A stretch of DNA of 64,000 nt, from contig CM082579.2 of NCBI GenBank assembly GCA_040954595.2, positions 14,075,834 to 14,139,833 of the forward strand. Reading direction: 5' to 3'. Source of the stretch: Balanoglossus misakiensis. Lineage: Eukaryota > Animalia > Hemichordata. Position numbers and translations under genes: made by a program. Below, one piece after another: positions 1-10,359 of this stretch. Below the pieces are notes generated by a model. The model made no database searches. It was not told where the DNA came from and was given only the letters and a program-made list of their open reading frames with translations. The stretch's first letter is position 1; each line of letters starts with the position of its first letter.

Positions 1-1004
1 CATGTAACTCACAGGCATAGTGTTAAATCTAAACGACTATATGTTAGATAAGCTTTACCTCCCCACCCCATCAAAATTCCAAATTTAGCTTGATGTGACG
101 TTTTCGGGTAGTACCAATTCGGAAACTTTCATGGTTCATTCATTGAACCAAATATTGGATTTGACACACTGTGTCTTGGGTGGGTAAAGCATGGTGAAAT
201 GTTGGCAGTAAACTTTAACCAGACAGGTCACATGAAAGGAAGATTTTATCATTTGAGTTCGATGGCATACATGATAAGATATGTCAGTTCTGACACCTTT
301 TTTGCAGATGTAGATGCTGATGTATTTTTTCCATTGGACACAATACTCAAAGTCCAGTCTGTGTTTAAAATGATACCCTGGTCACACACAGTGAGAAATG
401 TCAGCCTTTGACTTAATTATCTAATTTATGCATTGTTAACAATGCACTGTGACATTTACTGCATGTATTTTTCCCCCTGTGGAAACTTACTATGCTTTGA
501 ATACATGTTCCCTAATGGGGTGTTAAAGGATACAGTAGGATCTGTTTCGGTAGCAAATATGACACTGTTTTCAACATATTTGACTGGTGGCAATATGTGG
601 TTTTACGTTGGTATCCATCATGTAACTCAGATACCTATATGAAGCTCCATAGTAAATTTCACAGAAGTCGGCTGATCAATTCCAGAAAAGTAGATTTTTT
701 ACCAAAAATGTGGAAAAAGACAAAAAAATGCATAACAAGTAGAAAATTCACACTATTAGCTTAAAACATACAGAAATGTGTGAGGCTAATATAAGGTACT
801 ATCATACCATTTTTTCAAATCAATATGACCAGGACTTGTCGAGTTTCTGAGTTTTGACCAAATTAAGGTTTTCCCAGCTAATTTGTATATATTTTTGGCA
901 ATGACAACTTCGTTTGAACAAACTCCCATCTACAGCCTAGCATGCATCTACACACCAAATATTGAGGTTATTGGCGCAACGGTTTTCAAGTTTTTGATGT
1001 GTAC

Positions 1005-1106
1005 GAACATACATCCATCTATCCGTCCATATGTCCATACATACATACAGACGCAACCAAATCCATAAGGTCCCACTGTATATACCTATACAAATGGGAC
1101 CAAATA
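1005..1106 (+). repeat. Probable 3' end of a Helentron/DINE-like non-autonomous element (short microsatellite plus terminal hairpin)
   Basis: CATC/CATA microsatellite-like run followed by a GGTCCCA...TGGGACC stem; this architecture is typical of DINE/HINE ends. Family assignment is inference. Confidence 0.3.
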
Positions 1107-1878
1107 AAACACACAAAAAATAACACTTAACATCTTACAGTGCAGGGCCTTGCTAGTTGATGTGGTACAATTCTATCATATCACTTCACAGCTGGTAGCC
1201 AAGGGCAGTGTTTGCACAGAGGAGCCTCCTGAATGTCTTTGCTCGTTCACACCTCTTCAGTGATAATGTCTGGATTACATTGACATGAAACTGTTTGTTC
1301 AGTAGTGTTTCAACTGCCAGCTACCTGGGTTCATTTTACACCCAAACACTGAAAATATTGCAGCAGTCAATAATATAACCTACACACTGTGTGAAATTCA
1401 CCATGTTCTAAAGTAATGTTGATGTCTAATGTGCATTGTGACTTACAGGGCATGCACGGCTAAAGCTTGTCGAAAGTTGACAAAGCAAAAGACCAGACCA
1501 GTTGCCTGTTTTAAAATGTGCTTCATTCCAAGGACCTTGGCGATGAGTCATGAATTGGGAAACGTTCATGAGACCCATTTTTTTTCACTGGACCAGCACA
1601 TTTAATGATATGACCATGAAATTGAACTGTTCCCAGGAGCTACTGAGAGTTGCCTTGTTTCACCCCCAAGTTACTACCTGGGGTTTTTACAATGACGACA
1701 GTAGTTCCAAAAAAAAACGTTGTACTTTTATGAATAATCGATTAGGGTAGATTTATTCATGGTAGTAAAACTTTTTGGCCTGCAGTTGCCAAACAAAGAC
1801 AATTACAAGTAAGGGACTGGACATAAACTACCAGGGGGAGCGCAGGGGAATTGACGAAAGCGATGGCCTCAAATTAAT

Positions 1879-2232
1879 GTCATAGTCCAGTGGTTAGAGC
1901 ATCAGACCCATAATCAAAGAATCAAGAGTTTGATCCCTGGCATGGTTGTGGTGTTGTGTCCTCTGGCAAGGCAATTTACATCTCCTTGCCTCTCCCTGCC
2001 TATAAGAAAAGGGTAATTTGGTGGATCGGATATTGTAATGTGTATGTATAGGTCTGCTTTGCTGATATAAAAGCTGCACATGTGAGCTGTTGTTTGCTCC
2101 CCATGGAGTGGAATGGAATATTTTAGGTCCAACGACCTAGGTCAAATTACCATGGGAAACACTTCAAAGCAGCACATTGAGATTTATTGCATAATGTGCT
2201 ATATAAGTAATAAATATTATATTGATATTATT
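1879..2232 (+). mobile_element. tRNA-derived SINE, degenerate
   Basis: A-box-like TAGTCCAGTGGTTAGAGCA, B-box-like GAGTTTGATCCC, then TGTGTCCTCTGGCAAGGCAATTTAC (a common SINE body motif) and a GTGCTATATAAG...(TAT)n tail. Confidence 0.6.
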
Positions 2233-2306
2233 ACATAAACAACACTCTTACTTAGCAAAGGAAGTGGTCAGGTGAACTATATTCGCAGAGCTGACCAATT
2301 GTTTAA

Positions 2307-2649
2307 AGGGGCAAAGTCTCTCATCGCTGCCTTTTTTCAATTAATTATGTATGATACAAGACGCCATTGATGTTATTCTACATGTGGATATATGGTGAAT
2401 CAACATTCGACCACACACAACTTCCGTCTCGTTTGTACGATATGAGAGTAAAAACTCGCCCAAAATGAATAAATGGTAAAGAACGATTATTCATTTTGGC
2501 GAGTTTTTCACTCTCCTGTCTATAAGAGGGATGGAAGTTGTGTGTGGTTGAACGTTCATTCGCTATATATCCACATGTAGAATAACAAACGGTGTCTCTT
2601 ATCAAATATAATATGGGAAAAAGGGCAGCGAGAGAGAGACTTTGTCCCT
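2307..2649. mobile_element. Palindromic MITE, Kolobok-like (copy 1)
   Basis: Long inverted arms AGGGGCAAAGTCTCTC...GAGAGACTTTGTCCCT, with TTAA on the left only. Same family as 32532-32879. Confidence 0.75.
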
Positions 2650-2757
2650 CACATGGGGATTAAATGCACATGCGTGTGTATTTAAAGTTAACTGTAAATC
2701 CCCAGGTTAATACGTGGCCAAAAGCACTGTAATTTGGCATTTCTAATGATGGTGAGA

Positions 2758-2957
2758 TGTTGTTTGCTCCCCAGGGAGTTCAATGGAATATTTAGGTCCA
2801 ACATCCTAGGTCAAATGACCATGGGACAACTTAAAGCACGTTGAGATTTAATGTGCTACATAAGTTATAAATATTATAAAAATATTATTACATAAACAAC
2901 ACTCTTCCTTAGCAAAGGAAGTGGTCAGGTGAAATATATTCGCAGAGCTGACCAATT
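2758..2957 (+). repeat. Direct duplicate of ~2088-2300 (SINE tail plus flank)
   Basis: TGTTGTTTGCTCCCC...GCAGAGCTGACCAATT occurs on both sides of the MITE. Confidence 0.75.
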
Positions 2958-3182
2958 CTTTAAGGAAAATTAAAGTTGGGTAATTTGGATGTATTCATAC
3001 GAGTGTTGGTCAATGATAGGAAAGTCCTTTGTTCATTTTCAAAATGAAAACCAAAAATGCGAACAAAACACACTGAATTACGTATGGGATATTGATGTTG
3101 CCTAATTTGCGTGACTCTACATTTACTTAAACTCTCACAGGGAGACAAATGTCACAGCAAACGGAAAAATGATTATGCTAAG

Positions 3183-5117
3183 CAATACGCCAACCTTTAA
3201 AATATTACTTTAGAAAGTTTGTATTCATACTTTCTTCAAGTTGTCATAACGCTACCCCGAAATGTGTTTAAGTATTGCCTTTGTATTAATGGGCTAGATT
3301 CATGGCGTTATATGTCATAAATTAAAAAGCCAACCCTTATTGATTTTGATAATATTTATGTCGGAGAATCCACAATGAAAAATATGTATTTCAATTTCAT
3401 AACTCAAAATGATTTTCAAATCCATGACCTTATTTTCAACTCCAGTGATCGTACATCCTGAACCTTGTGCCAGTAAATGATTGGCCATTACAGGGTTAAT
3501 GGGCACTCTCCCGTTCTCTTCCTCCGCAGTTTCATTCATGTTCTTGTTTGACGGAAATGGGTGTGACCAGACGCTTGAATGTTTTCATGTGGGTGTCGTT
3601 GTTCATCAGGATCGGTCTCCTGGTGTGTCTGTACAGGTACGCAAGGAGAAACTGCCCACAAGAACCTGCGAGTGAAACTATTTAAGGTAGTATGTGCCTC
3701 GCGGTCTGAGATTCAGACAAATGATAGTCCTCAAAACTTTTTCAAGTCTTTGATTTACTAAAGTGTATGGTGAGTCTCTTTGAAAACAACAAAAACATTA
3801 CTCACCATATTGTTATTTTTTTGAAAGTTTAAAATGAAGTTGACAATGTACCAAACAGATTCTATTTATTTCTTCATGACCATGTTCACCCCAAGGTCAT
3901 ATGGACCTGCAAGTATATGCCAGAGCCAGAGTCGACATTACCGAAGCCAGAGTTCAAAGCTTGCAGGTCACCCCTTGCCAGCTCATGTCTAGCTAAACTG
4001 CCATGGATGCCAAGAGATATAGGACTACAGTAACCTGTAGATGGTTTCAGTATGTTTGAAGAAAGTGGTGGCACACTTTTGGCTACATTTGAAATGGCTA
4101 TGGTACCAGTGGTTGAATTTGCAAAGGTGACCTTTGACCTGGTATCATTAAAGATATTAAAGAACGATTGAACATTCCTTGTTGTCGTAAAATGACATCT
4201 GTAATAACTTATATTTTATCTGTTCATCTTGAAGTACTATATATTTAAACGCCAATTTTCCATTGCCAATCAATTTTTACAAATAAATTGTAATATGCAT
4301 GTTGATTTTACAAAAACTCCTTACTTCAAAGTGAATTCTGTTACACATCACGTAAATATTTTCCCCACGAATTCTTCAGTTGCTGACTCGGAAATTTCAT
4401 ATATTGGGCAGAAATTGGATACATTACCGAGCCATTAAAATTACAGTTTTCTATTTTAATTGATCTTCCATAACTTCAAGTACTTTGATTTGACATAAAT
4501 TAAAAACATCATGGTGAATAAATAAAAAATCTTTGATTATCTAATTGTGCATGTTTACATGGTTTTATTTTAGTATGCTGGGTACTTAATGTCTAATTGC
4601 TCGCTGATTTTATACTGTTCAAGATGACAATCTAATTTTAGTTTTCAGCTGATAATGGAAATTACTGATTAAAAAAATTGAATTTTGTCATGAATAAACT
4701 TGTTGTTCATGGCAGTTGCTGTATTTTGTTTCATGTGTATTCCATTTTTGCAAGAATACCATTGAGCTCAGTTTGATTTGATTAAACACGTTTATCGGAA
4801 AATTTTGTCATTTGAAATATCTGTTTTTGCGCCCTCTACCATTTGACCAAATGATTCTCTTATTTTGGTGGCCTTTGTCTGTGTATATGAGAATACTATA
4901 GTACTCTCGCATCGATGATAGTAGAAGTTGAAAACGTCTCTTGCCACGTGGCCTAGAAGAAAGGTGATCTTTAGAGTAAAATAAAACAAACTATCCAGAT
5001 AGGAAGCTAGAAAAGAAGTTGAATCGTTGAAATTTTATTTATTTTTATATTGTTAATATCGTTGGTGATGTTGACTGGCCGACAATCTTTGTCACACCAG
5101 TATTTGCAGGTAGATTA
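3183..5117 (+). repeat. ~1.9-kb direct repeat, copy 1
   Basis: Collinear, highly similar to 19975-21703 (CAATACGCCAACCTTTAAAAT...GACAATCTTTGTCACAC). Confidence 0.9.
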
Positions 5118-5364
5118 AAACATTGCCTATTCCAGCAATAATCACAACAGTCTTACTTTTTCTATCTTTGTAAGCGTTAATCTTTATTGACCTCGCTTGT
5201 TGTTTTGTGTTTTTGTGTTGGTTTTGTTTTTGTTTTGTTTTTTTAGTAGTTTCATAATTTTATTTGTATTTTTAAAATGTTTTCCTGTTTTTTGTTTACT
5301 TTTTTATTTTTTTTACTATTTGTTGATTGTAATGCTGTATGGGTCTCGACTGTCGGTCCCAACT

Positions 5365-6661
5365 TGTCATATAATTAGGTAGTACTGGAGTCAGTGGAAA
5401 CCCAGGTGCCCGCATAATTTCAGGTGTAGTGACACCGTGTATTGTCATGTTAATGAATATGGCTTCGTTAGCTAAGTTTCGTGTAGTAAGAGAGCACACT
5501 TCAATTTAGGTCTTGAAGGGAGCAACAAGTCGGGTCTCCCTGCTCAGTGAGTAGAAATACTAGGGGAAATATTGCACCATACCTTGCTGTGTCCATGTAA
5601 TGCTGTAGCGCGCATTAGTGCTCTCAGGACCACTGTTTCTGCAATTCGAGTGGAAGTAAATTGAGTACTTCTAGAAAGCAGAATTGTGCTTATTCAGTGC
5701 AAACCGGTGTGGTCGGGCGATTGGCGTGGCTGGCATGGTCGTATGTGGTGTGGCTGGAAATTGCTCCAAGCAGAGTTCTGTGGAACCATCCTATAGACCC
5801 GGTATTGCTGAGCATGAAGTGTGGTGAAGAATTCTCGTGTAAGTAATGTATTTGTTTATTTATTTACTATAACTTAAATTTATATTTTATGGATATTTAT
5901 GTCAAATTCGACAATTTGTAAGTAATAGGACGGTCATAGTTAAAGCATAATTTTCCATGATATCACATGTAATCATGACGCTTTAACTAGTCCAAATTTC
6001 TGATAATTATTATTGAGAAACGTCAGTATTCATTTGTGAACAGTTGCTAAGGTGGACATTTCAGTCAATGTTTGTTGATTTTTCATTCAGCCATTTAACC
6101 CAAGACTTGCATCTAACAAGTCAGTCTTCAGTGTGTTTACTTGACTACTGGAGGACTACAAGTGGTAGAAAACATGGTGTATCACAGATTGTATGTGTAA
6201 TGTGGATCGTCGCTACATCGTTCATCTATACAGGACTCCATCCCATATTGTGGTTGAATCATGATTGTTTACTATGAATGTTTTATACAGCTAAGTGACA
6301 CTTACCATTGTTTAGACAATATGCAATAGACAATAAACTATAGTGATATTGTGAATATATTCATTTATGTAATATATTAAGTAACCCATTGTATTGTATG
6401 ACCAATTGTATCAGCATACCTGTACCTGCTAAATTGGTTAGGACAGAGACATTTGATATTGTGCATATTGTGCACAAAAATTATATTCCTAGTATTATCT
6501 TTATATTATTTAATTGATTTAAATTAAATCAACTGTATTATTGTATCCGCACTGGTTTGTGTAGTTTCTCCCCATACCTTATCCACGGATGTTTACTCCT
6601 TGGCACTGAGAGCTGCTCAATATTTATCCTGGAATCAGAGGGGTGCCCTCCACCTCTGACA
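5365..6661 (+). repeat. Putative 5' LTR
   Basis: Ends TGACA 2 nt before the PBS (firm). Candidate start TGTCA at 5365 is its inverse; AATAAA at ~6332. No second LTR is available to confirm the start. Confidence 0.45.
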
Positions 6662-6663
6662 TT

Positions 6664-6680
6664 TGGGGGCTCGTCCGGGA
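6664..6680 (+). promoter_or_regulatory. Primer binding site complementary to the tRNA-Pro 3' end
   Basis: TGGGGGCTCGTCCGGGA, the canonical tRNA-Pro PBS, lies just after the LTR-terminal CA. Confidence 0.9.
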
Positions 6681-6999
6681 GTTTTATCGTTTTGTTGTGC
6701 ATTTGTTTGTATACTATCATAAATTGTTGCCATATAGTGGAGACCATGGTTTTGATAGGTAGAGATTCTGCAAATTGTGAAGACGGTGCTGGGTCTGTAG
6801 GCTGGTACTGTTACTGTATGTGCGCTTGTGGTTTCCTGCTATATAATATGGGCCGTGTTGGTTTGCGTCGTGCGTTTGGCTGTGTTGACTTGTGCTGAAT
6901 GCCCTGTACTGCTAGGGGTTGTCAAACTGGGGGTTGTAAATCGCGATACAGCAAAGCATATATGCAGAAAGAATATCTAAGATAGGGAGAAAATTTGGG

Positions 7000-8772
7000 T
7001 TGGAAGGGACTGCTTTAAAAGATTATGTTAGAGAGGAACAAATTAGACAGAGGGATCTTAGGGCTACTGAGAGAGAGGAGCAGAGAGAAGATAATAGGCG
7101 GCGCGAGGAACATGAGAGAGAGATACTGAAAATGCAAATTCACTTACAAGAATTAAAATTGAAAGGGGAAAATACAGAACAGCAGGTTACTGAAAATAAT
7201 TTGGCCAAAGCGCGTGCTCCGAGACTACAGGGTTTACGTGAGGATGTTGATGATATGGATGCGTACCTTCAACGTTTTCAGCGCTACGCCACTGCTCAGA
7301 AGTGGGAAAAAGATGACTGGGGGTGAATCTCAGTGCATATTGTTACAAGGTAAGGATGTATCCACATACAACCAAATGCCTGCAGCGTCTGCAAATAATT
7401 ATGATGAATTGAAACCAGAGTTATTGAGGGCTTACCAGTTAAGTGAGGAGAGTTTTCATGACAAGTTCCGTTCGTGTATGCCACATTATGATGAAAGTGC
7501 TCAAAAGTTTATGGACCGTATTGGTGACTATTTGGGCAGATGGGTAGAACTGGCTGGTACTCCAAAGACGTACAATGGGCTTACAGATCTGTTACTTCGA
7601 GAGCAGTTTATTGGAGTATGTTCCAGAGACATGGCAATGTTCATTAGAGAGCGACGGCCAGAGAATGTCCAAGAGATGGTATCTACTGCCTCAAAATACT
7701 TAGATGCCCGAGGGTGGTGGAAACTGCCAAGTAATGCCAAGAATAATCCAAGGAGCCAGCCGACAGCAAATACCAAGCCTGCTGTATATCCAAATCAAGT
7801 AAATAAGTTTAATAACAAAACCAATGGTTCCCATGTTTTTAAAGGTACGTGCTTCGTATGTGGTAAAGGTGGTCATATGGCCAAAGATTGTAGAAGTAAG
7901 CCAAAGATGCATAAGACGGCGGTATTGTTAACTGAAGAAGATAGAAACTATCCACCTAAACAAGAATGTACACATTGGGGCAACCGTCGACAGCCCAGGG
8001 GACTAGACACTGGTTATGCATGTATGGTGGTAGCAATGGAAATAGATAAAACAGATGCAACACTGAATAAGGAGTTCGTGTTACCATGTGGTCATAAGCT
8101 CCCAGTGATGAGTGCTGCTTGTAGTGCCCATGGAGTGAAGAAGATGCCGGTAATGAAGGGATTGGTCGATGGTAAGCTGGTTAGCGTTTTGCGTGATAGT
8201 GGGTGTAGTAGCGTGGTAGTTCGAAGAAGTCTGGTGTCAAGTAATCAGCTGACTGGTGAGTACAGGACATGTGTTCTGATAGATGGGACTATTAGAAGAG
8301 TACCTGTAGCCTCTATAAAAGTTGATACCCCTTACTTTGTTGGTGATGTTACTGCACTGTGCATGATGAACCCTGTGTATGATTTAATACTGGGCAACAT
8401 TGATGGTGTATCTGACCCTTCGAATCCTGATACTACATGGCAGGAACCATTGCCGACATGTAGACTGTGTACAACTGTTGGACAGGTACCAGGTTTAGCA
8501 AATGCTGTGGAGACCAGAGCCCAGAAGATAGCCAACCAAAAACCAATCAGAGAGCTTAAAGTACCTAAAGCTGTTGGTGAAGTGGTGATGCCAGGGAAGC
8601 TTCAACAAGCTCAAGAAGAAGACTCCACTCTTGACAAACTACGTGAGAAGGCAATTTTGGGTGACGAGAAAGTGACTAGGAATGGAGGTAGGTTGAAGTT
8701 CATCATGAAAGATGGGATCCTGTACAGAGAGTTCAATTCGCCAATGGTCCAATTTGGTGAAAAGCTGTTACA
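7000..8772 (+). pseudogene. gag-pol: Gypsy gag-protease and start of the integrase region (frameshifted near 7320)
   Basis: DMDAYLQRFQRYA Gag N-terminus, capsid/SCAN-like LLLREQF, zinc knuckle CFVCGKGGHMAKDC, protease LRDSGCS, YDLILGN, and Q..D..L linker. The ORF-track C-terminus after 8772 is read-through into the insert. Confidence 0.88.
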
Positions 8773-8812
8773 CACTGCGGGAAATACTAGAGCTATGTTG
8801 GGCAGTATTCCG
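8773..8812 (+). repeat. Left bipartite terminal inverted repeat
   Basis: CACTGCGG + 18 nt + TGGGCAGTATT (8799-8809) + CCG. Confidence 0.88.
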
Positions 8813-8856
8813 CGAAGCGCGAGCTCCCATGTTCACCATAGCAACGCATTGCCAAG

Positions 8857-9507
8857 ATGGCGGCGCCCGTGTTGATCGATGCCGAGAAAGTTATAAAACG
8901 CAAATTGCGAGAGGCAAAATCTGTGCTTAAACGTAAAAAATGCGTGTCGGACAATCTGTATATACACCCACTCTTTGATGAACTTGAGGATGTGACAACA
9001 AGGGCCATATTTCGAAACGACAAGCTGTCAAAGGACAAGATTCGTTGGCGTGACGTCGCCGTATTTCCCATGTTTCAGCGTGATATGACCTACTGGCAGA
9101 AGACCTTCTACGCTCGGCTGTCAACATCCCCGTCGTTAAGGTCACCATGGCAAAGCAGCTTTACACAACAAATGCCGAGGGAAGTATTTGATGTTTTTCA
9201 TCAGTTTGCTACTCGGACCGGTTTTGGTATCGACGAGAAGACCTCCAGGGCTATCATAACCTTGACCTTCACAAGTTCCTCGAAGCTATTGTATGTGATA
9301 CGGAAAGGTTATTGCTACGAGGGCGCTATCGGTCAGCATACAGAGAATATCCTAGAGAAGAAAGTCCGTGGAAAGAGGGTAGCTGTTATATGCACACCTG
9401 AGAAGCCCTGTGTTGTGAAATATTTTATCAACAGGGAGACTGTTGCTGTTAGATTCAGCTTTGGTGCCTGGAACAAACATGGAATTCCATTACATCCAGA
9501 GAACTGA
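8857..9507 (+). CDS. Transposon-borne 216-aa basic protein of unknown function, convergent with the transposase
   Basis: Uninterrupted ORF in AT-rich DNA with a strong start context GCCAAGATGGCG, 84 bp from the left end. K/R-rich NLS-like N-terminus; AATAAA at ~9636. No kelch or PHD pattern. Confidence 0.72.
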   Translation: MAAPVLIDAEKVIKRKLREAKSVLKRKKCVSDNLYIHPLFDELEDVTTRAIFRNDKLSKDKIRWRDVAVFPMFQRDMTYWQKTFYARLSTSPSLRSPWQSSFTQQMPREVFDVFHQFATRTGFGIDEKTSRAIITLTFTSSSKLLYVIRKGYCYEGAIGQHTENILEKKVRGKRVAVICTPEKPCVVKYFINRETVAVRFSFGAWNKHGIPLHPEN

Positions 9508-10359
9508 ACCCTATTGATTTTTCACACTGATTCAACCCATCTGACGAACATTTTTTTCCTGATCTGTGGCACATGTTGTTCAGTGTAGATGTATCAGTCT
9601 GTCAAGACAGTTCTCTCACAATTGACATATATTCAAATAAAAAAAGGAAAATTAGAAGACTCAAAAATTCATCACTTGTCTTTATTTATCTACATTCAAT
9701 ACAAATGAACAGATAACGTTTACAAAATTTCCTAAACTGTAAAATTCTTTTTTTCCATCATTATTGTAACATAGATTTTTCATTAGTTTCAGAAAAAAAT
9801 GTATGTTACCTACAATCAACATTGATAAGTCAATCAAAACTGCTCATCTAACAGTTAACCAGGATTTCTGGTCTAAATTTAATTAATATTTACAATTAAT
9901 TCCATGACAAAATTTATAAATATCAAGAATTTGATGAGACTTAATTCTTTATTTTTTCACAAATTCATTAAAATTTCGTGCAGGTGCAGAATAAACAACT
10001 CCTCAAGAAAAATGTAAAACTTTTCTATCAAGCTTATGTATGTCATACATTTTAATTTTGCAAAGCACTGCAATCACTATACGATTAAGGGTTTATTCAC
10101 AATACTTAATAGTGGTAAGATAAGTTTCAATTTCCCTGTCCCCATACATGCACACATATACAAAATCCCATAAGAAACATATCATCTCCAGTTCAAAAAG
10201 TGTGAATTCATGTGATTTGTGATCTCCATTTTTATTAAATGCAGCTCTCAACTACACATGAGTCTTTGTAATTCTGTAATGTAATTAATACCATAGTTAT
10301 CCTTTAATTCTAAAGTAGCACACAGTGACACAATCCACTGTTTCAAATTCAATCATTGT

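Noticed and set aside
1879-1945. tRNA gene
   Set aside because: No closed cloverleaf; it continues into a SINE body and tail.
3315-4074. Possible host exons in short minus-strand ORFs
   Set aside because: No recognisable domain or consistent splice chain, and copy 2 deletes part of the region.
3183-5117. The 1.9-kb direct repeats as LTRs of the Gypsy element
   Set aside because: The PBS lies 1.5 kb further on, directly after a different TGACA end; the repeats have no TG...CA termini or PPT.
8768-8772. 5-bp TSD as in Transib/RAG
   Set aside because: The flanks TTACA and ACAGG share only ACA, and only the 3-bp model restores the host frame.
8773-8875. C-terminus of the 553-aa ORF (HTAGNTRAML...)
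   Set aside because: Read-through into the inserted transposon end; not Gypsy coding sequence.
8857-9507. RAG2-like call for the convergent ORF
   Set aside because: Too short, with no kelch repeats or PHD finger visible; only the position is analogous.
10321-10348. Perfect RSS heptamer CACAGTG downstream of the transposase stop (another at ~32261)
   Set aside because: No nonamer at 12 or 23 bp; a 7-mer is expected by chance.
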